Positions 36,966-49,502 of a stretch of 64,000 nt of DNA are shown here, in pieces (the stretch's first letter is position 1; each line of letters begins with the position of its first letter). This DNA is from an uncultured Nitrososphaeraceae archaeon (GTDB taxonomy: Archaea > Thermoproteota > Nitrososphaeria > Nitrososphaerales > Nitrososphaeraceae), in the NCBI GenBank assembly GCA_963765895.1, contig CAVXZB010000038.1, forward strand, positions 96,001-160,000, given 5' to 3'. The notes under the pieces are model-generated. The model was given only the letters and a program-made list of their open reading frames with translations, did not search any database and was not told where the DNA came from. The translations under genes were made by a program, and so were the position numbers.

Positions 36966-38190
36966 ATGGATGGTGATGATTCAAATTTTAATGCGTTTCA
37001 CGACAGAGTGATAAAATCCTACAAAAAGGAATTACCGTCAGGAATGGAGGTTTCGGATGAAATATCGTTTTTTGAATATTCTCAACATTACTGCATCTGC
37101 TATATAGATATATCAGAATCTACAAAAACTACAGCCATGATCAAAGATCCTCAAAAGATTAGAGACTACTACTCTACTTTTCTCAATTCTATGGCGGCTG
37201 TAATATCAGAATTTCACGGAAAGATAATCAAGAGGTACTGGTGATGGTATCCTTTACTACTTTCCAAGTACTAGTAATGTGGAAAATGGTTCTGCCTTCA
37301 GCGACGTCCTCGAGTGTGGACTTACTATGATCACTTTAAGATCTGTTATCGGCGCGAGACTAGCAGAAATAGTACCACAAATCAGTTACAGAGTTAGTGC
37401 AGATTATGGCAGAGTAGAGATCGCCAGGTCAGCGGGAAATCCTGAACGAGATGATCTATTCGGTTCTACGGTAAATCTGTGTACGAAGATAAACTCAAAA
37501 GCATCTCCAAATGAAATGGTCATAGGTGGAGATCTTTATCAGTTCCTGAAGAATCCATCTTTTTCATCTCTGAACAGCAAGTATAAATTCAAAGGAACAA
37601 CCGAATATTGTCTGGACGTGAGACATCCATATCCTGTGTATAATGTAGTAAGAAGGGAAAGCATGGATTCTAATGACCTAATGCGTCGATATGATAAATT
37701 CTTCGATGCTATGATTGTGAAAAAACACAAGGTACAGGCTGCAGTTGGTGGTAAATCAGATCAATACCGACTAAATTCACACGGACATTTAGATCAACAA
37801 ATACAAAGTAAGGAGTCCGTCCATAATGTCTTGATAGTCGATGATGAGCCTGATGTTCTGTTAACATATAGGTCTTTCTTGGAGGATGCTGGTTATAACG
37901 TTGAAGCATATTCCGATCCACAGGAATCATTAAAGAGATTCGCGGAACATTCTTCTTCTTACTATGACCTGGTAATCCTTGATATAAGGATGCCGGTTGT
38001 AAATGGTCTACAATTATACAGTAGAATGAAAGCTATTGATGCCGAAATAAAGATTATATTTCTTTCCGCTCTAGACGCTGCAGAAGAATTGTTGACCATA
38101 TTGCCTGGTGTAAAGAATAAGAATACGTTTATCAGAAAACCAGTAGACCTAAGTATGTTTCTTAGTGCAGTTAAGACCGTGCTGAATTAG
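36966..38190 (+). CDS. Class III adenylate/guanylate cyclase fused to a response-regulator receiver, one frameshift near 37235
   Basis: CYIDISEST, TGDGILYYF, DYGRV and DLFGSTVNLCTKI; receiver VLIVDDE, LDIRMP, FLSA and KP. Confidence 0.88.
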
Positions 38191-38769
38191 GCCTTGCTTA
38201 TCATCCTGTGGCCTATATCTTCATGAGAATGTAGTACTGTACTTTCTGTTCGTATTAATTAGAAATCCGCCGCAAAATGTCTTGGCGCCATAGTATTACA
38301 TATTGTTGATTCTGGTTAATGTATGGCAAGGTTTGTCGCTATTTCATATTTTATGTCAGAATATTCGAGTCTATGTGGCTATCTCGTCTTTTGGCCTGAA
38401 CATAATCTCCTCTGGATCACGTTATCAATTTCCTTGCCCCTTACCATAGTACTTTACCAATCTTCAATAGTTATTTCTACAATGTATAATCAAATACCAA
38501 ACATTATCCTACGAATTCCAGATCAATTCCGATCCGAATATATCAATAATAGGTAGAGTCTCTAATAAATAAATAAGCTGGTTTGTATGAATCCTTTTGT
38601 CATTAGCTACTTCTCTGATGTAATGTAAGCTTGTCCGTATAGTCTAATATTAAGATCACTTCTAATGGGAGTAGCAAGTTCATAACCAGTACCATAGTGT
38701 ACGTATAAATATTAGGCTCATGCTCAATTAATCGGTTAGTCAGCAAAACAAATTGAGAACAATCTGGCA

Positions 38770-39094
38770 ATGCAAGCAACTCGATCCAGCAGTCGAATAA
38801 TCAGAAACCTGCAAGAACCTTATCAACAGTTTGGATGGTTAGGTGACCAGACAAGGGTATAAACTGTCAATGCGTCAATTAATGACTTTTCTAAAAATGG
38901 ATAACCATTCTGACTTACCAAAAATAGAAACTTAGAAACTAGAACGTTTGATAAGAGATTGTGTTTATTCATATGCGTAATGATCGCAAGTTATCTCCAG
39001 GTACATATATGTAAGAACCGCAGCAATTGCTCATTTTTACGAAATGAATGATGTAGGCTTGCGATGGAAGAAGCTAAAGAAGTTCAAGGTTTAA
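38770..39094 (+). pseudogene. N-terminal remnant of a tyrosine recombinase/integrase
   Basis: LINSLDG*VTRQGYKLSMRQLMTFLKM.../FIHMRNDRKLSPGT/AAIAHFYEMNDVGLRWKKLKKFK resembles the core-binding domain of thaumarchaeal integrases; no catalytic domain follows. Confidence 0.65.
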
Positions 39095-39312
39095 TTTAGA
39101 AATGTAATAGAAGATAGATCCTACACAAGAGACAACATCAAAAACTAACGGAGGTATAGGAATTCCAAATAATCATGAAAACCAGTAGTAATATATAGAA
39201 GTCAGATTTTTTAGACGCTCGATAACTTTTACTTTTTATTGCTTTAGGTTAGTATTTAGTTAACCTGTAGATTCTGGTAGTTGTAAAATGCCTCGTTCTG
39301 TTATCACAGAAC

Positions 39313-40064
39313 ATGACAAAGAAACGACTACATTGTTATAGTTGGGTTCCTGAACTACTAGATCATAGAGATAATTATTTTCTCACTCCTGTTGAGAAAT
39401 TGCTGGAAAAAGTTGGATTAACAGCAAACTGTCCAGAGGTTGTATATAATCAAGGTGAATTATGTTCAGGCACTGCAAACGCTATTGGGGAATCAATCGA
39501 GTATACTTTAATAAAAGGTAAAAAAGAAGTTTTTGCACCTTCTCGTCTATTCATTTATTATACTGAACGTAGGATAGAAGGGACTATACTCGAAAACCCG
39601 GAGCAATGATTAGAGACGGAATAAAATCGGTAAATAGAGAAGGAGCATGAAAAGAGACAATCTAGCCGGATATTATTGGCGAGTTTACAAAAGAGCTATC
39701 AATAAAATCCCTAGAGATGCGTTACCTCACCCCGATCCTGGCATATCAACGTATAAACAGAAGACTAAACAACTTCAAGTCAGTTCCAGCACTAGGTTTT
39801 CCATTTGTATTCGGGTCACAGTTTACGAATCTTTTATCTCATTACAACTAGCAAGAACAAGATTTAGCCAATGCCTGGGCCATGGGAGCAAGCCTTAACA
39901 GGACACGCGTTGCTGGCAGTAAGATATGGCGACTCTATTCATAGATTCATAGTAAGAAATGCGTGGGGCGAAGCTTGGATAAAAATAGGGATTTCCAATG
40001 CCTTATGATTAGCTACTAGACCCGAACCTTAGCGACGACTTTTGGATAATAAAGATGTAGAATA
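39313..40064 (+). pseudogene. C1 (papain-like) cysteine peptidase, disrupted
   Basis: WVPELLDHRD, VYNQGELCSGTANAIG, PSRLFIYY, MIRDGIKS, GHALLAVRYGD, FIVRNAWG and DDFWII across frames. Confidence 0.85.
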
Positions 40065-40206
40065 ATCATGTATTCTGATTGCATACAATAAGTATCGCCG
40101 CTGGACTCGCCGGGGATGGTACAGAAGTCCATGACGATACTTGACCCGTAATGGGTATGTATAGTGCACAATATTTTATATAAAAATTTACATAAAAAAC
40201 GAAAAA

Positions 40207-40273
40207 TCGCCGTTGAGACTCGTGAAAACAACGTGATCGAAGCATGTTATTAACGGGCGAGTCTCAACAGCGA
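40207..40273. repeat. 67-nt long imperfect inverted repeat/hairpin
   Basis: tcgccgttgagactcg pairs with cgagtctcaacagcga (15/16); inner arms aacaacgtg / catgttatt. Confidence 0.8.
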
Positions 40274-40502
40274 CACACTCGTGTTATTCTTTGTTACACA
40301 ATATTTTATTTAATGAATGCAGAAACCAGTCGTCTGTTTTATTAAGTTATTCTGGGCAAAGACTTTTTAATTATATAAACTGACACTTGTTAGGTTCTTT
40401 AATACGATAGGAGCACACAAAATTTACTAATCCTTTGATATCCTTCTAAAGTTCATAACTGGGCTGATCTATATCTTCCGTAGAGGACAGGAAACATAGA
40501 AA

Positions 40503-41567
40503 ATGATTGATACTAATGGATACGCTGCCAAACAGATCAAACAACCTCTTACTCCATATTCATTTAAAAGACGTAATCCACTCGATAATGATGTCTTAAT
40601 CGACATTCAATACTGCGGCATTTGTCACTCTGATATACATCAGGTACGTAACGAGTGGGGATCTTCCACTTTTCCGATGGTTCCGGGACATGAGATAGTG
40701 GGAGTTGTCTTCACAAGTTGGTTCCAACGTAACTCGATTTAAAGTCGGCGACAGTGTCGCTGTGGGAAACTTTGTGGACTCTTCGGCGAGTGCAAACCGT
40801 GTGTCAACGGACTTGAACAATATTGCGTGAAGGGAGCAACTTGGACCTATAATGCACTCGAAAAATATGAAGGTGAAAGTATGCCGACACAGGGCGGATA
40901 CTCTGATAAAATAGTTGTGAAAGAAAAGTATGTCCTTCACATCCCTAACAACCTTCCTCTGGCTGCGTCAGCGCCGCTCCTCTGCGCAGGCATCACACTT
41001 TATTCGCCTCTTGTCCACTGGAAGGCGGGTCCTGGCAAGAAGGTAGCTATACTTGGATTAGGAGGCATAGGTCATATCGGAGTGAAAATAGCACACGCAC
41101 TTGGGGCTGAAGTCACTGTACTAAGCCATTCATTGAATAAACAAGATGAGGCCATACGAATGAAAGCCGATAGTTTTTATGCAACATCAGATCCAAGTAC
41201 CTTCAAAAAGCTTAGGGGATATTTTGATTTAATAATTAATACGGTCTCAGTACAGATAGACCTGAATAAGTATCTGAAACTATTAAAATTGGACGGTACA
41301 ATGGTCATTGTTGGACTTCCAGAAAAGGAAATACAGTTTAATGCTTTTTCACTTACTAATGCACGTCGTAGTATAGCAGGTTCAGTCATAGGCGGGGTCA
41401 AAGAAACCCAGGATATGCTTAATTTCTGTAGCGAGCGCAACATTACTTGCGATGTCGAACTTATTCCAATTCAACAAGTAAACGAAGCATACGAGCGGGT
41501 TGTAAGCAGTGATGTTCGATATAGATTTGTTATAGACATTTTGAACTCACTTGCGTCCAAGAGTTGA
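40503..41567 (+). CDS. Zn-dependent NAD(P) alcohol dehydrogenase (cinnamyl ADH-like), two frameshifts near 40712 and 40782
   Basis: CGICHSD, PGHEIVG, structural-Zn Cys cluster, GLGGIGH and DVRYRFVID. Confidence 0.9.
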
Positions 41568-41940
41568 TACCTGGTTTTCTACGTAGCACGTTATATTACA
41601 ACATCACAAATCATGTGAGTGACGTAGACAAATCGTAGATATTTTTTGGAGGAAAGTGCTAATTATGAATTTACAAGTTGCCTCAGTTTACTTTATCACT
41701 CAATATCAATACACTCCTGTTTACGTCTAAACATATAGATCACTCCTATATCGAAGGAGAAATAACTAAGCACTAGAATGATATCACTAGGTACATCAAC
41801 AAAATCAAAGCAAAAATATTGATGAGCGTATATCTTAATATGATACACTTTGTTCTAAAGACCTCTATGATAGTTAGCGCGCTTTGTGCCTATAGCATCA
41901 ATATAGCTACTGCATAATTAAAGAAACAAATATAATGTCC

Positions 41941-42948
41941 TTAGATTGACAAGAATTTTTGTGCATCGAAAAAGCTTTTGAGTTCCTTTGAAATCTGATC
42001 GCAGAATATTCCTAAAATCTCAAAGTCGAGAAGGTTAAGTTTCTTTTCACTAAACATAGCAAGAACACCTATTGCATCGTGGTTGTAAATTAGTGGGTAC
42101 CCTGCAAATGATTTCAAATTCTCCCTTTTTGCCCAGTCTTGATATTTTATTCTTGGATCGTTTACGACATCATTTGTAATTACAGGCTTCTTGTTCTTAA
42201 TTATAGGTCCAATCTTGACAGAATCTACGGATACTTTCGAAAATTCTCCGCTAATATTCTTGTATTTCCCGGCACTATATTTTAGTATTAGAAACTTTCT
42301 TTTACTATCAAGAAGCCAGATTCTTGCAAATTTTGCATCGAAATGTTTTACAACACTTTCTGCGGTCAGTTGAAGTTTATCGTTCAGGTTGTCGTATTTC
42401 TGAACCGAGTTCAAAATTCTGTACACCCGAGACTTTCTCTCAATCATGTTGTGTTCATCAAATATTGCGTACGGAGATGCCTTCAAAGTCTTCGACTCAA
42501 ATGACCGATAGTCTAGAATCAGGTCTGCGAATCTATGTAAAAAATTGTTACTTTCTAGCTCATATTGTTCGGTGGATTCAAAAACAAAATGCGACACCCA
42601 ATCAAATTCTCCTCCACTTAATTTAGCCGAGTAAATACAGAATGGGATTTCCTCTACGTAATTCGACAGTCTCTCTATTAGAACGGATGAATTACTTGGA
42701 TACTTGAACTTGAGGATTATCGTTCGGTTTAGTTTTTCAGATACAAGACTTGGATTAAGTATAGCGGAGTATCCTAGAACTATATGGTCGCGTTCCATTC
42801 GCTGGAGTCTGTATCTTATGGCTCTCTCCGTTATTTCATGTCCGATACTTTGGACTGCTTTTCGGATTTCGCTCGATGAGCTGCGGGCATTCTTTCCAAG
42901 ACAAGAAAGCACCACCTTGTCGATGTCATCTAACAAGAGCATACGCAC
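41941..42948 (-). CDS. Lrp/AsnC-type HTH transcription regulator with C-terminal GAF domain
   Basis: LDDIDKVVL..L.KNAR...ITERAIRYRLQRME...GYSAILNP; GAF motifs VITNDVVNDPRI..WA..ENLKSFAGYPL...IGVLAMFS. Confidence 0.88.
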   Translation of the reverse strand: MRMLLLDDIDKVVLSCLGKNARSSSSEIRKAVQSIGHEITERAIRYRLQRMERDHIVLGYSAILNPSLVSEKLNRTIILKFKYPSNSSVLIERLSNYVEEIPFCIYSAKLSGGEFDWVSHFVFESTEQYELESNNFLHRFADLILDYRSFESKTLKASPYAIFDEHNMIERKSRVYRILNSVQKYDNLNDKLQLTAESVVKHFDAKFARIWLLDSKRKFLILKYSAGKYKNISGEFSKVSVDSVKIGPIIKNKKPVITNDVVNDPRIKYQDWAKRENLKSFAGYPLIYNHDAIGVLAMFSEKKLNLLDFEILGIFCDQISKELKSFFDAQKFLSI

Positions 42949-43319
42949 TAGTACCGTTTAGTATTATAATAACTTGCAATAGCCTACTGTCCGGCAAAAA
43001 TAATCAAGATCAGTACGCTTTATCTTCAACTTCCGAAACTTATTCAAGGTCAGAATTAAGTCAGTAACAATTTAGCAGAACAAAGATTACTTTATATAAT
43101 TTTATCAAATCTGAGAATCCTATATAAACTCATTAGCATCATTATCACCAGAATGTACAGGATTGACTGGCTAACCTGTAACCGGTGTCAGGCCTCGTTC
43201 TACCTAAGAGGAGACCTGCAAATGTAAAAAGATTCTCTGATATGTCCAGATTGCTTTTTAGAAGAATATGAATTAAAATGAGGTTAACTAAGTAACGATT
43301 TATCCCTACATCAGTCTCA

Positions 43320-44530
43320 TCAGATAGCTTTCTTATTTTTTGGCAATTCTTTGGAATAGGCTCGCGTGAGCCAGATAGGGGTCACGATTGTAGTAAGTGC
43401 TAGCATTATGATTATTACCATATAGATATCAGATGTTAAAGCACCAGATGTTATACCCACCGCTGCCCACAAGTCCAACCTCTACACTCGATATCATTCC
43501 TATACCTACTTCCATAGACCTGTTTTGTCTCTTAAAAATAGGATTGATGATAATCCGCCCTCTTTCATTTTCGTAATGATGGCAATTGATACGACTATCG
43601 CAGATAGATATAGTACTTCCATATTGATTCCCTTATGTACTTGCGCTCCAATAATAGGAAAGGATAACGGAGCAAATATTATCTCTAGTTTTTGACATAT
43701 TCTCCTATTGTTGATTCCTCTAGTACTTGCCATTGCCATACCAACAGCAAAAGCTCCTACAATTGGTAATAGCCCTACAAACGCTGCTATTCCAGCCGCT
43801 CCAAAAAATGAAGCCGTAACTATATACCTTCGACACTTCCCTTAGATTTCCCAAGTTTTCGACGTGTAATAGTTGTGCAACTAGTACAACAGCGCCTACA
43901 AGCAATACACAAAAATCCTAATATCTTTAAGACTAGAAATATGATATTTGTAATCTCTGGTGTCATTGTTCCTGTTCGAACCATAGTCGTTACTACTAAC
44001 AGTACCGAAATTGATAGTATATCGTCGACTATCTCAGCTCCTAGTATTAATCTGGCACCTTTTAATTGCATTTTCCCTAATTCTGATGGCACTTGAATCG
44101 ATATGACTATACTCATAGCAGTTGGTGCAGTAGCAACAAGCATTGATTCTAGTGCTTATAGTCCGAATGGGGAGAAAAGAATATACGCCATGAAGAATGA
44201 TATGATAACCCTATAGAGCCATCTGTAAATGAGGCTGCCTCGCCTCTTAGAAATTCCCCTGGAGTAATTTCTAGCCCTGCTTTAAACAGATTACTATAGC
44301 AGATAATTCGCCAATATGCTTGATAGTTTCATCAAGATTAACTATGATCTTTCCCCCAAATGATATAAAGAGTTCCTAGTGCAAATGGACCTAGATTATA
44401 CCAGCAAGTAATTCAACTAATACAACTGGTGTTTTTATCTATGAAAAATCTTAGCAAATACACTAGCAGTAAATAATAATATATCCTATGAAATTACTAT
44501 ATGTAAAAATACACTATCCTATATTATTCC
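43320..44530 (-). pseudogene. Cation:proton antiporter (CPA2/KefB-like), heavily disrupted
   Basis: Fragments PVVLVELLAGII, LFKAGLEITP, LILGAEIVDDIL, GLSPIVGAFAVGMA-like, IFAPL and IIMLALTTIVTPIWL in shifting frames; boundaries approximate. Confidence 0.82.
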
Positions 44531-44849
44531 TGTCAGGATCTGTCAATATTATAGTTAATTCGGATTCGGACTTACTTATGGCATTTTGGCTTTAGTGCTG
44601 TTGTCTCTACTCCCTCGTCATAATTGAGTTTTTGCAATTACTACATCAGTGTCTACTTGTTTTTCATCTATTCTTATACCATAACCACATGCGTTACTAA
44701 TTTTTTCCTGATATTGAGGACATGTAGTATTATCACACTTACCACAACTATCTAAACATCTAGATGCTGTCGAGGAATTAAACCAGCAAATCTTCTCCTA
44801 TCCAGCTAGTTACTATGTCAGCTGCACTTACAGTGTTCTTACTAATATT

Positions 44850-45098
44850 TTAAAAATTAAACAGGTCACCAAAAAATCCCCTCCTTCTCCATCTATTATC
44901 ATGATAATCGTCATCATATGCTCCATCGTTGTAATGGTATTTGTTATAATGTTCGTCTTCGTAACTACTTTGGATTTGGGCTATCTTGTCTATCTCTCCT
45001 CTATCTAACCATACTCCCTTACAAGAAGGACAGTAATCAATAAGTGCCTCGTACCTTCGCATTAGCTACATTAGAGCTGAACATTTTGGACATTACAT
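44850..45098 (-). pseudogene. zf-TFIIB-type Zn-ribbon protein with two in-frame stops
   Basis: M*CPKCSALM*LMRRYEALIDYCPSCKGVWLDRGEIDKI...RRRGFFGDLFNF. Confidence 0.8.
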
Positions 45099-45674
45099 AT
45101 CTGAATATATATCGCCTCTCTTGTCATTTTCTAGAGAAAACGTGTCACTTAAGATTAGTGGTTGCTTTGCTTTACATACTTCTACTAGTAAGATAGATTA
45201 GGATTATACAACCATAATTCTTATCTGAAATAGATTAGTGTTTTGAATAATAGGGGATTAAGTTGTTGCATATTCCATTTAATTAAATTGTATATAACAA
45301 TGCAATACACTGAAAACATATTGTCGGTGTGTTACGCACGATCCTTAACTACATAAAAGATTTAGACATGCAGTAGAAAGTTATGAACAGTTCATGATTT
45401 TAAGACTTGACTCATAGTCATTTTGCTAATAACAGATGTGTATAGCGGAGTCAACTTGCCGAAATAATGAGCCCTCCAATAGCTACAGCCGGCCTTCTGT
45501 ATATTAGTTTATTAGTATATTAGGTACCTTGGAGGCAGAACTATACAAGTAAAAGATTGTGGCAAGATAGAGAAGATAAGATTTCAGTTTTAGACACAAT
45601 AATATCAATATCAGAACATGATATCATGCGCAATATCAATTCTAGACCATAAATAAATACCCACCACCGTACCA

Positions 45675-45959
45675 CTAATAACAATCTTCTTTACATTTAT
45701 CCAAACCTTTCCGACTTAATTTAATGTCTTCTAGTGTATCTCTTTCAATGAACCCTTTTTGTATTAGATGTTGTACAATTTCATTTGTTGCTTGATATCC
45801 ATATGATGGTCTTTCATATGCTTCGGGACTGACATTTTTAAAAAAAACCTCAATAGCTTTTACACTATTGTCTAGATTACCATGGGCCATTAAGTACATT
45901 CCGCAAAGAAACTTTTTGGAGTATCTTTGCAGCTCTCCTGATGTAAATATTCCCTGCAA
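45675..45959 (-). CDS. Hypothetical protein with winged-helix-like C-terminus
   Basis: IVQHLIQKGFIER...IKLSRKG motif; start uncertain. Confidence 0.55.
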   Translation of the reverse strand: MQGIFTSGELQRYSKKFLCGMYLMAHGNLDNSVKAIEVFFKNVSPEAYERPSYGYQATNEIVQHLIQKGFIERDTLEDIKLSRKGLDKCKEDCY

Positions 45960-46653
45960 TTGAAGTCTTATTACGTCATATCTAAGACAGATAAATAACT
46001 TTCACATTTAATAATAAAAATTATTTAATGAATGCTAAAGGTAAGACGGATAATGTACATTCTAGTGACATTTTATAGGTTAAAAAAGAGTTAGTTCTGA
46101 GATAGCAATAGAACAACCCGACCTATTTAAAGAATACGGAATAAACCAATTTGCATTTGGAATATTTGAGTAAGCTATCATACTTCAGGTTTCATCATCT
46201 AGACCATGTATGTTACTCACCATAGTACCATGAAAAGATATTCGGAAACTGAAATTGGTGGTGACCAGTCATCAGCCCGAGGTTAATTCCGAACGACCTC
46301 AGCCATGCCATGTCGTATCATGTCGTATATAACATTATCATATGACGCCGTCGTCAGTTTGCAGCTGCAAGTTTTCATATGAAATTGGGGTTTACATGAT
46401 ATCGTTATAAAAATAAATTTGACGTATAGATCGGTACAGGACAAGATAGCAATCAGCACTGATAGGATAGGCTAAGATTCATTTGATTGTTCTAGCCAAG
46501 TCAGTCTCCAGTTGTACGAGTGCATTCCAACTCAATAATCTGGAGATTGATTCCTATCAGCATAGATAATTTAGCTCGTTGGTCTAAATAATAAGCTAAC
46601 TTAGCAGAACCAACCTCTACCTAGAATAGAGGTAATATTGCGGTAAAAGATGG

Positions 46654-46836
46654 TTAGGATTTGCGAATATGAGTCTTTATCTTCTCCACTAAATCTGGCT
46701 TCATTATATCTTCTTCCTTGTAACCATGATCTTTAATTGCATGCTGACCTGCATCTTTCATTAGGTCTTCCTCCGTTTCGCCATTTGCAAGAAAATCGCA
46801 GTCGCATCCTACTTCACGGCATGATACTGTTAACAT
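46654..46836 (-). CDS. DUF1059 small metal-binding protein
   Basis: CREVGCDCDF...GETEEDLM...HA...HG...KIK.HI. Confidence 0.88.
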   Translation of the reverse strand: MLTVSCREVGCDCDFLANGETEEDLMKDAGQHAIKDHGYKEEDIMKPDLVEKIKTHIRKS

Positions 46837-47003
46837 TAACTATACATAAAAATCAGCCCTAATAAACTTAAATTGTCTTGGCATTTATTCACAACACAGA
46901 CTGCCAGAACTATTACTTTTTCACGCGCCTATTTAGAGATGGCCCTCGGCCCCAATGACTAAAATGCTTGAAACTGAATTATTAAGCAAAAAAAGGAACT
47001 TAA

Positions 47004-47424
47004 TCAGTAGACCAGTAGTAGTTTCCATTCCCAAGCTTTTTTAGAGAGATTTCCTTCAGCATCTATAACAACCTCAAAGACTCCAATGAGATTATTAAGT
47101 GATGCCAGTTTACCTTTCGATGATGTGCTATATAATACAGAATCACGCCAGTTTATACTTCTAGAAGGATCAATTCTACCTATGTCTTCACCAACGTAGA
47201 TTGCTAGTTCTGATCCTCCAACCAAGATCGCCCCTAATCCTTTGCCATGGCCTATTCGCTAGTGTTTGTAGGTCTTCCGATGAAGGTTAGTATTTCCTTT
47301 AGTTATGCTCCCTTTAGACTGCCACTCATAGATACAGATGTTTCAATTGAATGACCTTCAGTATCCAGGTCCTCTTTTGGCTCGTAACTTTGCCTTTCAA
47401 TTCTGCAATTTGATCTCCTAACAT
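47004..47424 (-). pseudogene. Conserved hypothetical beta-barrel-like protein, frameshifted
   Basis: MLGDQIAELKGKVTSQ...IETSVS...GKLASLNNLIGVFEVVIDAEGNLSKKAWEWK over several frames. Confidence 0.65.
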
Positions 47425-48021
47425 ACGATAGAGAGAAATGGCTTCTTTGAATATAAGTAATTATTGGAAGGCGCAATTCTTGCAGTTTTGAACTCCAACT
47501 ATGACGTATATTTGCTTAAATTACAGACGCAGGTATCATAGTTACATTTTTTTATGAAATGAGACTGAATCTTATGTAACTGAACATGCATGCAAAACCT
47601 TGTGAATACCTGTGGTTAGTATCGTCATTCAATTTCATATTGTCTAGCATCTGGTCGCCAATGTATTTTTTCTTTAACTCCTTGCTTTGAGGATCTTTCC
47701 ACTAAGCATAGTATTAAGATTCGTGCTTTAGTTCGGACATTTCTTTTCCGACCTTGATATGCTCTTTATAGTTGCATTTACCGGTATTGGCAAGTGCTGT
47801 TTATTCATCTCAACCTAGATAGTGCCAATTGTTTAAGTTATTCTATTCTAGAAATCAGTTCTTTACGCTACATCATTCTCAATGCATTTATAATAAGACC
47901 TGGTGCATACGCCTCCCGATGGTTTTCCAAAATTTATAACTCATGATATGAGGATAGGGGTTGTTGAATAGAATGCAACTGATAACAATAGTAATTATAC
48001 CATATAGTTTGAATAGGTGTC

Positions 48022-49502
48022 ATGAATTTGGGAATACATAGAGCTTTAGTATTTCAAGGAGGGGGTTCACTTGGAGCGTACGAAGCTGGGGCCTACAAAG
48101 GTATGAATGAGGAACTTTCAGGATTCTTCAGAAAAGAAGGAAGGGAAAACGAACCAACATTTCATATAGTCTCTGGGACCTCGATTGGGGCTATAAATTC
48201 TGCTATATTGGTAAGCTTTGTAAAGGAAAATAAAACATGGGAAGGATCAGGCGAAAGATTAGTAGAATTTTGGGAATATCGTATCTAAACAGTCATCGGT
48301 TGATAGCATGCCACATTTTGCAAATTATTGGGATTCTTGGCGTACAGTAAATAGACATATTGCATCAGGAGAATCTGCTAGAAGATATTTCAGGTACTAA
48401 GGAATTTATTTTTAAAGGAGTTCCTAATGTATTTATACCAAAGACGCCTTTACCAGACACTAGATTTTTTGACCCTTCAAATACGTGGTATGTCTATGAT
48501 AATAAACCATTAAAAGCAAGCTTGGAAAGGTTCGCAAAGTTTCCTATTTCCACAAGCTTCGAAAATGATGAACCACGACTCTTGTTGGTTGCCGTAGACG
48601 TACAGGAAGCTACTCCAGTGGTTTTTGATAGTTACGAAAAGGAAGATGGAACAAGGAAGTCAGAATATGGCAAATATGGTAGAATGAAATCAGACGGTTC
48701 TGCAATCGACTCAGAGAATAATGAAGGATTTGAACACGTTATAAGATATAATAATGGAATAACAGCAGACTTCGTATTAGCAAGTTGTTCGGTTCCAGTA
48801 AATTATGATTATACGAGACTAAATGTAGAAAACCACACATTGGACTTACGAAAGCCTGGCCACAACACACAGGCAGAGGGTAATAATGGGCCTTCTTCAA
48901 ACGTCAGTAACAGCTTGCGCTTCTTCTGGGATGGTGGTCTATTAGCTAATACACCTTTAAGGCAGACCATCCTTGCTCACAGACATTATTGGCTTAAAGT
49001 AAAGAAATTGGAAGACAATATACCCAGACTCAAATTTGGTATAATAAATCTTCATCCGGCTAAACAAGAATATGTTCCTTCTGATTACGATAGTGTTGTT
49101 GACAGGAAGAACGATATCATATATCATGATAGAACAGAATTTGATGAATTTGTTGCAGTTCTCGTATCAGATTACGCAATGCTCGCTAAGTCTCTAATTA
49201 AGCTGGCCGAGGACAATGGTGCAGGCAAAGAAGCATTGGAAAAGATTTTGAAGGAGAAAACTAATGCTGTTTTTCCTGCTACTGGTAGGCATGGATTATA
49301 CAGCGATTTGCTAAAGGGTAGAGTTGTTGTTGATTTTGTTGCTCGTTTGGAGCGAAAGAACGATAGTCATACTATTTCAAATAAAACATTTGACTTTTCA
49401 AAGACTACAATCCAACAGCTAATCCAAGATGGATATAAAGAGACCAAGGAACAGATGAAACAAATTCTCACCGATTTAAAAAAAGAACTGTCTGACACAT
49501 AG
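48022..49502 (+). CDS. Patatin-like phospholipase with frameshift(s) around 48280-48390
   Basis: FQGGGSLGAYEAG, GTSIG nucleophile, WDGGLLANTP and DFSKTTIQQLIQDGY. Confidence 0.88.
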
